A stretch of DNA of 64,000 bases, taken from a bacterium (GTDB lineage: Bacteria; Zhuqueibacterota; Zhuqueibacteria; Residuimicrobiales; Krinioviventaceae). The DNA lies in assembly GCA_963693055.1 (NCBI GenBank), contig OY843751.1:4416001-4480000 (forward strand). The letters run 5' to 3'. Below are positions 1 to 9,266 of this stretch, piece by piece. How positions within the stretch are numbered: the stretch's first letter is position 1; every line of letters starts with the position of its first letter. A program made the translations under genes and the position numbers. The notes beneath the pieces were generated by a model. The model did not search any database, was not told the origin of the DNA, and saw nothing but the letters and a program-made list of their open reading frames with translations.

Positions 1-783
1 CACAAAGAATGTTTTATCCCCAATATCATTAAATATTGGGACCTGCAGCCAGTTTCCAAATACGCACGTGCTGCTGCTGAATTTGTCAACCTCTATTCCA
101 AATGGAGAGGCATTAACCGTTTTCCGGCATTAACCATGACACTCGATCTTTTAAAAGATTGGCCGGATGTTCAGAAACGTAATGCAAAAATTCCTGAGGC
201 ACAGGCCGTACGCGACTGGATTGAACGCGAAACCAAACTTGGAAATCCTGCATTGATCGCTGAAGTTGAAAAAACTCAAGACCCCGGCTTGAAACAAGCT
301 CTGGAATGGAGTGAAGCGGTTAACAAAACAGTTACTGACATTGTGTACAATGTTCCACCATTCCCATTTGTACGTGAAAGCCTGCAAAAAGTAGCTGAAT
401 GGGCAGATATTATTGTTTGTTCTGCTACACCTTATGAAGCTCTTGAACGTGAATGGAAAGAACATGATATTGCACAATATACACGCGTAATTGCGGGTCA
501 GGAAATGGGCAACAAAAAAGAGATCATTCACATGGCTGCCGATGGAAAATATGATATGGACAAAGTCATTATGATTGGTGATGCACCTGGCGATATGAAG
601 GCTGCAAAAGCAAATGAAGCCTTGTTCTTCCCAATTAAACCGGGTCATGAAGATGAGTCATGGGAGTTCTTTTTGAACGAAGCTGCTGATGTATTTAAAA
701 ATGGTAATTACAATTCAGATTATGAAGCAAAACTTATTGCTGAATTTGAAAAATTGTTACCAGACACTCCCCCATGGAAATAA
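1..783 (+). CDS. HAD-family hydrolase, 5' end outside window
   Basis: Frame is open from base 1 (HKECFIPNII...) into the 136..783 ORF; HAD motif IV MIGDAPGD; CSAT motif II. Confidence 0.8.
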   Translation, partial: HKECFIPNIIKYWDLQPVSKYARAAAEFVNLYSKWRGINRFPALTMTLDLLKDWPDVQKRNAKIPEAQAVRDWIERETKLGNPALIAEVEKTQDPGLKQALEWSEAVNKTVTDIVYNVPPFPFVRESLQKVAEWADIIVCSATPYEALEREWKEHDIAQYTRVIAGQEMGNKKEIIHMAADGKYDMDKVIMIGDAPGDMKAAKANEALFFPIKPGHEDESWEFFLNEAADVFKNGNYNSDYEAKLIAEFEKLLPDTPPWK

Positions 784-795
784 TTATTTAGATAT

Positions 796-836
796 AAAAA
801 AAAAGGGCATCCTGTTTAACAGGTTGCCCTTTTTTA
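796..836. terminator. Bidirectional rho-independent terminator
   Basis: A-run, gggcatcctgtt-t-aacaggttgccc stem, T-run, between convergent genes. Confidence 0.8.
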
Positions 837-855
837 ATATAATATACAAATGTGT

Positions 856-1410
856 TTAATTAGCTGAGGTTAAGAAATCCTTGGGGATAACCTCTTTAAC
901 ACCTAATGTTTGAATGGTTTCCGAAGTGAATTTATCTTTAAGATAATCATAATGGGTCAAATTCAAAATAATGGTTTTCTCATTAGCGTCTTCGATATAT
1001 CCCAAAAGCGCTCCAGATTGAATATAATCCATTGATGAAGTTACTATTGCGATTTGTTTTTCTTTACATTTTGATAAAATATACAACTTGTTTTTGCTGT
1101 TCTCAAAAATGTTATCATCATAAACTACCAAAACACTATTGTTGTCCATTTTTTTGGTACCATTACCAATGTCTGAAGCATCATTAATATCATAGATAAT
1201 AGCCTTGATACCAAATTGCACAGTAGCACGTGAGATTTTGTCTTTTTCTTCTGCCAGGTTATCTTTTGAAATGAAAATGTTTAATTCCTGTGCTTCCGGA
1301 AAAGCTTGCTTTACTAAATAAAACAACTGCATACTGGAAACTTTGGCAAATGAAGGCATAGCGAATACAAGAATCCCAGCAACTACTCCAATCATCTTGG
1401 CAATTTTCAT
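856..1410 (-). CDS. Exported hypothetical protein, weakly periplasmic-binding/YfiR-like
   Basis: Signal peptide ending SFA; ggagaga RBS; C-terminal YIQSGALLG resembles ABC substrate-binding/YfiR C-termini. Confidence 0.55.
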   Translation of the reverse strand: MKIAKMIGVVAGILVFAMPSFAKVSSMQLFYLVKQAFPEAQELNIFISKDNLAEEKDKISRATVQFGIKAIIYDINDASDIGNGTKKMDNNSVLVVYDDNIFENSKNKLYILSKCKEKQIAIVTSSMDYIQSGALLGYIEDANEKTIILNLTHYDYLKDKFTSETIQTLGVKEVIPKDFLTSAN

Positions 1411-1470
1411 AGTCTCTCCTTTTTATGGATTTGAAAAGTGAATTTATTTACTATCATTTACCATGTCTCA

Positions 1471-1486
1471 AGCAACTAGTATGCCA
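1471..1486 (-). promoter_or_regulatory. Sigma-54 (-24/-12) promoter for 856..1410
   Basis: Minus strand TGGCAT-ACTAG-TTGCT matches TGGCAC-N5-TTGCW with exact spacing, 60 nt upstream of the ATG. Confidence 0.7.
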
Positions 1487-1733
1487 TTTGAATTACAAAT
1501 ATGTCATTAATATGTAAAACATTGTCAGTATTCCATCTTACAAAAACCTGTCAAGATAAGCCTAAGCCCATTAAAAACAATAATCATAGAAACTTTCGTA
1601 TCACAACGTTCAAGGTCTTTTAATATTTATTATTAAACAAAGGAATTTGTCATTTAAATTTTGTATATTAAGTGTGACATGAAATGGTCAAGTGTGATAT
1701 AAAAGCAACAAGTTGTATAATTATTTTGGTTTC

Positions 1734-2522
1734 ATGGATTTAAAAATCGTTTCTTTTGACCCGCTTCGTTCTTTCAATATTCCCAATGTCCGAACGATAA
1801 AAGCCGAAAACTGGCTCGCATCAAAAACAGAAATCCAGTCCGCAGACTGGATCATTTATCCCGAATACTGGCAAGTCAATTCACTTGTATATGGTTTTAA
1901 AAAAAGTATATTTCCAAATATTAGCAGCTTTCATTTGGGCCATAACAAAATTGAAATGACCCGAATTCTTCAGGCTGTATTCCCGGAGCATGTACCGTAT
2001 ACCTTGATTCTGCCAAATACACCATCCTCCGTTGAACAGATTTTGGATGAATTTGCCTTTCCAATAGTTGGTAAAGCAGTTAAAAGTTCCATGGGACAAG
2101 GTGTATATTTGATCAAAAACCGTAAAGATTTGAGAGCATACACCAATATGCACGAAGTGCTCTACATCCAGGAATACCTCCCCATTACCAGAGATTTAAG
2201 GGTAGTACAGGTTGGCAGCAATGCCATATCTGCTTATTGGAGAGAGGCTTCTGACGGACAGTTTCATAATAATGTTGCCCAAGGTGGCATGGTCAATTTT
2301 AACAATATTCCACCAGATGTCTTTGGTTTCGTGGAAACGGTCAGTACGGCACTGGGTATTGATCATGCTGGTTTTGATATTGCAATAGTTGATAATCATT
2401 TTTATATTCTTGAATTCAACATAAGATTTGGGACCCAGGGTTTGGCAAAACAAGGGATTCCATTACATCAACATATTTATGATTATCTTCTTGAACAGAC
2501 ATTCCAATCGGATAACAATTAG
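1734..2522 (+). CDS. RimK-like ATP-grasp ligase
   Basis: SSMGQGVYLI, YIQEYLP..RDLRV, FHNNVAQGG, AGFDIA..LEFN motifs; ATG 1734 preferred over TTG 1713. Confidence 0.8.
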   Translation: MDLKIVSFDPLRSFNIPNVRTIKAENWLASKTEIQSADWIIYPEYWQVNSLVYGFKKSIFPNISSFHLGHNKIEMTRILQAVFPEHVPYTLILPNTPSSVEQILDEFAFPIVGKAVKSSMGQGVYLIKNRKDLRAYTNMHEVLYIQEYLPITRDLRVVQVGSNAISAYWREASDGQFHNNVAQGGMVNFNNIPPDVFGFVETVSTALGIDHAGFDIAIVDNHFYILEFNIRFGTQGLAKQGIPLHQHIYDYLLEQTFQSDNN

Positions 2523-2580
2523 CCATAATCGCAGCTCTTTTTATTTATCTCCTGTTTCCATTTGAATTGAAAGGGAAAAA

Positions 2581-3261
2581 ATGAAAAAATACATAATCTG
2601 GATATTAATATGTTTCGCCGGCAGCCTGGCTGCGCAAAATCTCCAAGTCCATTATGATTTTGGCAAAGATCGTGAATATGTAACAACTACATTAGAAATG
2701 TTTAAACCCGATGAATATGGCGCAACGTTTTTCTTTGTTGATATGGATTATGATTTTCCCGGCAACCAAAGTATGTCTATGGGATATTGGGAATTTGCCC
2801 GATATATCAACCTGCCATTTATACCCAAACTCTCTGCAACCGTTCAATACAATGATGGAGTTATGGCGATCCCGGATGATGAAGGCTCAACATTTGCAAT
2901 CCCATTGGGCCACGCGTGGCTTGCCGGCCTCACGTATCCCATTGATCTAAAATTCATAACTCTCAACACGGAACTGCTTTACCGGTATCAATGGGGATCA
3001 GACAACCCGGATATGCAGATCACATTCGTCTGGTTTAAATCTTTGTTTAATGATAAAATACATTTTACCGGCTATTGGGATATCTGGACTCAGGACGATT
3101 TTTCAGGAGAGAAACAAACCATTATTCAAACCGAGCCCCAGCTCTGGTATATTCTGGGAAAACACCTGGCAATTGGCAGCGAGGTTGAAATCAGTAAAAA
3201 CTTTTTACCTTATGATGGCTGGCAATTTATGCCGACTTGCGGATTAAAGTGGGAATTTTAA
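2581..3261 (+). CDS. DUF5020 / Tsx-like nucleoside channel outer-membrane protein
   Basis: Signal peptide then QNLQVHYDFG, TTTLEMFKPD.YG.TFFFVD, TEPQLWY, C-terminal W-E-F barrel signature. Confidence 0.75.
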   Translation: MKKYIIWILICFAGSLAAQNLQVHYDFGKDREYVTTTLEMFKPDEYGATFFFVDMDYDFPGNQSMSMGYWEFARYINLPFIPKLSATVQYNDGVMAIPDDEGSTFAIPLGHAWLAGLTYPIDLKFITLNTELLYRYQWGSDNPDMQITFVWFKSLFNDKIHFTGYWDIWTQDDFSGEKQTIIQTEPQLWYILGKHLAIGSEVEISKNFLPYDGWQFMPTCGLKWEF

Positions 3262-3275
3262 AAAGAGGAAATGAC

Positions 3276-4592
3276 ATGCTGAGTATTTTCGATCTTGAAA
3301 AGAACGGCACCACAATTAAAACTGAGGTCATTGCAGGTATAACTTCATTTCTGGCTACGATGTATATTATCGTTGTAAATCCCGCAATGATAAGCCAAAC
3401 AGGCATGCCCTTTAGTGCGGTATTGACAGCTACCGTGCTGGTTAGCGCATTCAGCAGTATTATGATGGGTATTTATGCCAATAATCCCATTGTATTGGCT
3501 CCCGGTATGGGTATTAATGCATTTTTCACATTTTCAGTTGTGCTGGGTATGGGTATTCCATGGGAAACTGCATTGGGTGCAACCTTTTGGTCGGGTATAA
3601 TTTTTCTTCTGTTATCAATATTCAACATTCGCACCATGATTGTTAAAGCAATCCCTAAACAGATTCGCTATGCCGTTGCGGCAGGTATTGGGCTATTTAT
3701 AACAATCATTGGTTTTTTCAATGCAAAATTCATTATCGCAAATCCTGCAACTGTCATTGGTATGAACAGTATGAATGCCATAACCTGGACCTTTATTGCA
3801 GGTCTTTTTATTACTGCTTTACTGGTTGCAAAAAAAGTACATGGCGCATTGATATTTGGTATTGCCGCAACAACTTTGCTCGCCTGGCCCATTGGCAGAT
3901 TCTGGGGAGACGCTACCGAGCTGTTTGGCTCCCAAACACTGGTTGCCTGGCAGGGGATCTGGGCCGCACCTGATTTCAGCCTGCTGTTGAAAATGGATCT
4001 TTTACATTCATTACAGCTTGCCATGTTTCCTGTAATATTCGCTTTTTTGTTTACGGATATGTTTGACAGCCTTTCTACGTTTATTGGAGTGGCCGAAGCC
4101 GCAGATATTACCGATGAAAACGGTGAACCGCGCAACATCAAACAATCCCTTATTGTGGACGCGCTCTCAACTACAGTGTCCGGCATGACAGGTACCAGTG
4201 CCGGCACAAGCTATATTGAATCTGCAGCAGGTATTGAAGAAGGCGGACGCACAGGACTCACGGCTATTGTTGCGGGTCTGCTCTTCATTCCGTTCATGTT
4301 TTTCTCACCATTACTCTCTGTTGTACCATCAATTGCAACGGCACCCGCGTTGGTTCTGGTTGGGGTTTTTATGATGAACCCGGTTAAACGGATCAACTGG
4401 TCAAATTTTGATGACGCTATTCCCGCGTTTCTGGCAATGATATTAATTCCCCTTACTTACTCGATCTCACAAGGCATTATATGGGGATTTCTGAGCTGGA
4501 CCGTTCTCAAAATCGTTACGGGCAAAGCTAATCAAATTCCACCCATGCTGTATGTGATAGATATGTTTTCCATTGCGGCGCTTTTGGTGTAA
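3276..4592 (+). CDS. NCS2/AzgA-family purine permease
   Basis: TEVIAGITSFLATMYIIVVNP, LAPGMGINAFF, YIESAAGIEEGGRTGLTA; gagg RBS before ATG 3276. Confidence 0.9.
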   Translation: MLSIFDLEKNGTTIKTEVIAGITSFLATMYIIVVNPAMISQTGMPFSAVLTATVLVSAFSSIMMGIYANNPIVLAPGMGINAFFTFSVVLGMGIPWETALGATFWSGIIFLLLSIFNIRTMIVKAIPKQIRYAVAAGIGLFITIIGFFNAKFIIANPATVIGMNSMNAITWTFIAGLFITALLVAKKVHGALIFGIAATTLLAWPIGRFWGDATELFGSQTLVAWQGIWAAPDFSLLLKMDLLHSLQLAMFPVIFAFLFTDMFDSLSTFIGVAEAADITDENGEPRNIKQSLIVDALSTTVSGMTGTSAGTSYIESAAGIEEGGRTGLTAIVAGLLFIPFMFFSPLLSVVPSIATAPALVLVGVFMMNPVKRINWSNFDDAIPAFLAMILIPLTYSISQGIIWGFLSWTVLKIVTGKANQIPPMLYVIDMFSIAALLV

Positions 4593-4693
4593 ATCCTGTT
4601 CTAACGAGCAAAACGAAAATTTTATTGGAAGTATTTTCATTTTTTTTTGTTGCAATACAAAACAGTTAACCTGAGAATTGTAAAGGATCAAAA

Positions 4694-5122
4694 ATGTCAG
4701 AACGGTATCTGGAAGTGACGCAGGAAGCTGGAGCAGCTTTATTTAAAAGAAATATAACTGGTAAAATCGTTATGCTCAACCTGCTGCGATTTAGAGATGT
4801 AGCAGATTATTCAACGAATCCCGAGCTTGAGCCAGAATCGCCAATAACCGGTGCAGAAGCATTTCAAAAATATATCGATTATACAACACCTTATCTGGAA
4901 GAAACCGGTGGTGAACTAATTTTTCTGGGTAAAGGTGGAAGCTTTTTAATTGGTCCACAGGATGAAAAATGGGACCTGGTTATGCTGGTCCGTCAAAACT
5001 CACTTGCCGATTTCATGGCGTTCTCATCTCACAAGGAATATCTTGCAGGTTTGGGGCATCGTACTGCCGCCCTGATAGATTCAAGGCTGCTGCCTATTGT
5101 AGAGTCTGATACCGCAATATAA
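4694..5122 (+). CDS. DUF1330-family protein
   Basis: IVMLNLLRFR..A.Y, WDLVMLV, HRTAALIDSRLL. Confidence 0.75.
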   Translation: MSERYLEVTQEAGAALFKRNITGKIVMLNLLRFRDVADYSTNPELEPESPITGAEAFQKYIDYTTPYLEETGGELIFLGKGGSFLIGPQDEKWDLVMLVRQNSLADFMAFSSHKEYLAGLGHRTAALIDSRLLPIVESDTAI

Positions 5123-5150
5123 AATGTGTAATTAATTCAGGACATTTGTA

Positions 5151-5966
5151 ATGGATAACAAAACACAATCAGCTTTACAAAATGGAACGGTTATCTATTT
5201 TTCTCATGGCGGTGGCCCCCTCCCTATTCTGGGTGACAAAAGCCACCAAGCCATGAACACTTTTATGGAACAGTTGCCAGCTACATTTCCCGTACCCGAA
5301 GCGGTTATCGTTATCAGCGCCCATTGGGAAGAAAAAATATCCACCCTGTTAGGGCACCCCTCTCCTGAAATGTTTTATGATTATTATGGCTTTCCTCCCG
5401 ATGCGTATAAAATCCAATATCCTGCACCTGGTAATCCTGAACTGGCAGTAAAGATCAAAAAATTGCTATCGGACGCTGCTATACAAAGCAAAATTGATCC
5501 TGAACGGGGCTTTGACCATGGTTTATTCATTCCCATGAAAATGATGTACCCCAAAGCAGATATTCCCATGCTGCAGCTTTCACTCATCAGGGGTCTCAAT
5601 CCAGTCGCTCATATTGAGTTGGGTAAAGCGCTTAGACCGCTCTTGGATGAAAATATTCTGATTGTGGGATCAGGATTCTCCTTCCACAATATGCAGGCGT
5701 TTGACTGGAGTGGTTCCAATACGACGGATAGCCTGAATGACGCTTTTCAAAACTGGCTTATTGAAATATGTTCTACTCAATATGATCCTCAAATATCTTT
5801 GTCAAAAATGCAGCAATGGGAGATGGCCCCCTCTGCACGCTATTGCCATCCCCGTGAAGAGCATTTACTGCCATTACATGTCTGTTTTGGATTAGCTGAA
5901 CATGCAGCATCGGTTGTCTTTGATGATTACATTCTCGGGAAACGCGCAGTCGCATTCAAATGGTAA
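5151..5966 (+). CDS. LigB/YgiD-type (DOPA 4,5-) extradiol dioxygenase
   Basis: SHGGGP, ISAHWE, RGFDHG, GSGFSFHN, HPREEHLLPL. Confidence 0.9.
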   Translation: MDNKTQSALQNGTVIYFSHGGGPLPILGDKSHQAMNTFMEQLPATFPVPEAVIVISAHWEEKISTLLGHPSPEMFYDYYGFPPDAYKIQYPAPGNPELAVKIKKLLSDAAIQSKIDPERGFDHGLFIPMKMMYPKADIPMLQLSLIRGLNPVAHIELGKALRPLLDENILIVGSGFSFHNMQAFDWSGSNTTDSLNDAFQNWLIEICSTQYDPQISLSKMQQWEMAPSARYCHPREEHLLPLHVCFGLAEHAASVVFDDYILGKRAVAFKW

Positions 5967-6238
5967 ACCTGGACAATTTTTGTCTTACCTGTACAGTTTT
6001 TGAATATCAATTATTTATAAAGAAACCCCAAAAAATTAGAAAACAAAAAAAAATCTATTTATTTCCCCCTGCCAATTCAACAAAGGACCTCAAATAATCA
6101 TCTAACATTTTGAATTAATATTTGAATTCTATCAAATTTTACAATATATTACATTTCATCAACTCGTAGAACTTTTGACATTTCATTCCACATTTTAGCG
6201 AAATGTTAAACCCATCGCACCATTCGAAGGAGTGTTTT

Positions 6239-8164
6239 ATGAAAAAAATTTCTATTTTTATCATCACTTTGGTTATGGTTACCAATCTATTTTCGGCCAC
6301 CATAAAAATCGATATGGTTCAAAAAGCTGAGCCTATATCTCCTTATATTTATGGTCAGTTTATTGAACACCTGGGTAAATGTATCTATGGCGGTATCTGG
6401 GCGGAAATGTTAATGGACCGCAAATTCTATTATCCCGTAACAGAAAAGTTCAATCCCTGGGGCACGGCTGATGATCCCTTTTGGCAAACAGGTGACTTTC
6501 AATATCTTGCAGCATCACCCTGGCAGGTTATTGGCCCCAAAGGTTCGGTAACCATGGACACTCAAAATCCCTATACAGGAGCACACACACCGGTCATCAA
6601 ACTTGCGGCCAATGGCACGTTTACCGGTATCCGGCAGGGGGGTTTGGAACTCGTCAGAGACAAACACTATACCGGCCGCATTGTTCTTTCAGGAGATGCT
6701 TCTGCCGCACCTGTTATTGTTCGATTGACATCAAAACAAAATACAATGGTGGTTGCAGAAATAACCACACTCTCTGCGGATTATCAAACCTATCCTATTG
6801 AATTCACTTCCGGTATCCGATCTCATGATATCAGCATTGAAATTGTGAGTAAAGGTAAAGGCGAATTCCGCATAGGAACGCTCTCGCTTATGCCGGCTGA
6901 CAATATCAAGGGATGGCGCAAAGACGTTGTTGCACTGTTAAAAGAACTCGATTCACCGGTCTATCGCTGGCCTGGCGGTAACTTTGTAAGTGGGTACAAC
7001 TGGCGTGACGGGATTGGAGAGCGGGATAAACGTCCGCCCCGGAAAAATCCTGCATGGAAAGGTGTAGAACACAACGATGTTGGCATTCACGAATATATGG
7101 AATTGATGCAGATCATTGATTCTGAACCTTTTGTTGCAGTAAATACCGGATTGGGTACTGTTGATGAAGTTGCCGAAGAAGTGGAATATTTCCTGGGTTC
7201 TGTTGACACTCCCATGGGGAAATTGCGTGAATCAAACGGACATCCCGAACCCTGGCATGTTGATTTTTGGGCCGTAGGGAATGAGATGTTTGGCAGCTGG
7301 CAGCTGGGGCATATGCCCCTATCCGAGTATGTAAAAAAACACAATGAAATAGCAAAAGCCATGTGGGCGGTAAATCCGGATATTCAGCTCATTGGTGTGG
7401 GCGAAGTTGGTGAATGGAGCGAAATTATGCTCAAAGAATGTGCAGACTATATGAACCTCATCAGCGAGCACATCTATTGCAAAGAGATAGATGATGTTAC
7501 TGAGCACGTTGCCCAGCTCAAGAACGACATCCTTAAAAGGGCCAACGCCCATCGCAAATACCGCAAGGAAATTAATGGCCTGGCAGATAAAGACATCCGC
7601 ATTGCAATGGATGAATGGAATTTCTGGTATGGTGACTATATTTATGGTGAGCTCGGTGTGCGCTATCATTTAAAAGATGCGCTTGGCGTAGCAATGGGAC
7701 TGCACGAGTATTTCCGCAACAGCGATCTCTATTTCATGGCTAACTATGCCCAGACCGTGAATGTGATTGGCTGCATCAAAACCACACCTACCACATCCGG
7801 ATTTGCAACCACAGGCTTGCCATTAAAACTGTATCGTAAACAGTTTGGCACCCTGCCGCTAGCTATTTCCGGTGATACAGGTGCTATGGATATTTCAGCA
7901 GCTCTGACAGAAGATTCAAGTGCGTTAACCGTTGCAGTAGTGAACCCTACGGAGAATGCTGAAAAAGTAATTTTGAATCTGGGTAACACAAAACTGACAT
8001 CCGCATGTAAATCGTGGACTATCCGTCATGATGATCCCAATGCCTACAATGTACCGGGATTCTCCCCCACCGTATCTATTCAGGAAAGCGATCAAACCCT
8101 CAAGAACAACACCCTGATCGTTCCCGGATATGCAATTGTGTTATATCGGTTCGAGTTGAAATAG
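6239..8164 (+). CDS. Alpha-L-arabinofuranosidase, GH51
   Basis: YGQFIEHLG.CIYGG, RWPGGNF, AVGNE acid/base, MDEWN nucleophile, ANYAQTVNVI; signal peptide; aggag RBS. Confidence 0.9.
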   Translation: MKKISIFIITLVMVTNLFSATIKIDMVQKAEPISPYIYGQFIEHLGKCIYGGIWAEMLMDRKFYYPVTEKFNPWGTADDPFWQTGDFQYLAASPWQVIGPKGSVTMDTQNPYTGAHTPVIKLAANGTFTGIRQGGLELVRDKHYTGRIVLSGDASAAPVIVRLTSKQNTMVVAEITTLSADYQTYPIEFTSGIRSHDISIEIVSKGKGEFRIGTLSLMPADNIKGWRKDVVALLKELDSPVYRWPGGNFVSGYNWRDGIGERDKRPPRKNPAWKGVEHNDVGIHEYMELMQIIDSEPFVAVNTGLGTVDEVAEEVEYFLGSVDTPMGKLRESNGHPEPWHVDFWAVGNEMFGSWQLGHMPLSEYVKKHNEIAKAMWAVNPDIQLIGVGEVGEWSEIMLKECADYMNLISEHIYCKEIDDVTEHVAQLKNDILKRANAHRKYRKEINGLADKDIRIAMDEWNFWYGDYIYGELGVRYHLKDALGVAMGLHEYFRNSDLYFMANYAQTVNVIGCIKTTPTTSGFATTGLPLKLYRKQFGTLPLAISGDTGAMDISAALTEDSSALTVAVVNPTENAEKVILNLGNTKLTSACKSWTIRHDDPNAYNVPGFSPTVSIQESDQTLKNNTLIVPGYAIVLYRFELK

Positions 8165-8165
8165 A

Positions 8166-8209
8166 TTTTATAGCTGACAGCTATTCGCTTCTAGCTGTCA
8201 GCTATAAAA
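8166..8209. terminator. Long perfect hairpin between convergent genes
   Basis: 18-bp perfect inverted repeat ttttatagctgacagcta / tagctgtcagctataaaa. Confidence 0.7.
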
Positions 8210-8271
8210 CTGTTTACAATGCAGATCCCTATACCGGTGGATATTTAAATTAAATGATTAACTCAAGTAAA

Positions 8272-8703
8272 TCACTTGAAGCCGTTATCAATCATATCTT
8301 GCAAATGCTGTATTACAAGTTCATATAGCTGTTGAACATTTACATTTTCTTTTTTTTCAAATCGTTTTGAAATCATGGTAATTGCATTTATACATATAGA
8401 TGTATCTTTGTATCGCAAAGTAGAATCAGTTCCAAACTCATCTGTAATCACCCACCAATCCAATCCAGGGACATTTTTTGACAAGACCCGTCCAAAAACA
8501 ATACCCAAAGATTGCAATTCCCATTTTTGATTTGACGAGAAAAGTTGGTCATCTAGTATATGTTGGATATAAACTAAATCATTCAAAGATTGATCTAATT
8601 TAGCACCATTATAGCTCTCAGCAACTACTTGTTCTACAAAAAACCATTGTTTGGCAATTCGATGGATATCACCATCATCAAGTTGTTTAAATACGGGCTC
8701 CAT
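8272..8703 (-). CDS. DUF3806-like protein
   Basis: LQSLGIVFGRVL, W..ITDEFG...LR, MISKR.E pattern; AT-rich. Confidence 0.65.
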   Translation of the reverse strand: MEPVFKQLDDGDIHRIAKQWFFVEQVVAESYNGAKLDQSLNDLVYIQHILDDQLFSSNQKWELQSLGIVFGRVLSKNVPGLDWWVITDEFGTDSTLRYKDTSICINAITMISKRFEKKENVNVQQLYELVIQHLQDMIDNGFK

Positions 8704-8841
8704 AATCCCTCAAAGTTGATTATAACCGATCGCGATGCAGATTCCTGCATTGTGAAATATTATAATGGGACATTTGTCCCGTTTTACATGCTTTTCTTCT
8801 TCCCATGATTCTAACAGCAATGGCCTATGGTTTACTAAAAA

Positions 8842-9225
8842 TCACCCGAGTTTTCGAACAATCCACCCCGCTACAAACACCTCTAAAAGGCTCAAAGGGA
8901 TTGCAAAAGCCAAAAGCCCATAAGGCAAGACATTCAGATTGCCAATAACAACCCACATGAGCACAAATCCCGCAAACCACACAAGCAGACAGGTTTGCAC
9001 ATAACTGAATTTCTTTGCAAGAATATAGATCAATACTGCCAGCAGCAACGACCATAACCCCCAAACCGCACCATTGGCCGGAGCGGATGGAAAAACAATC
9101 CCCAATTTTTCGTAATGCTCAACCCAATAGGATTTAAACAGCAGCTCATTGCGCACAAACTCGGATACAGTGATCCAGAGAAATGCCAGAAACACCGGCA
9201 ATATTGTTAATTTAAATATTTTCAT
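8842..9225 (-). CDS. Small membrane protein
   Basis: Four hydrophobic segments, SEFVRNE and NGAVWGLWS motifs; aggag-like RBS. Confidence 0.7.
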   Translation of the reverse strand: MKIFKLTILPVFLAFLWITVSEFVRNELLFKSYWVEHYEKLGIVFPSAPANGAVWGLWSLLLAVLIYILAKKFSYVQTCLLVWFAGFVLMWVVIGNLNVLPYGLLAFAIPLSLLEVFVAGWIVRKLG

Positions 9226-9266
9226 TTCAACTCCTACTCATTTTCGATCATATAATCAAAAACCTG

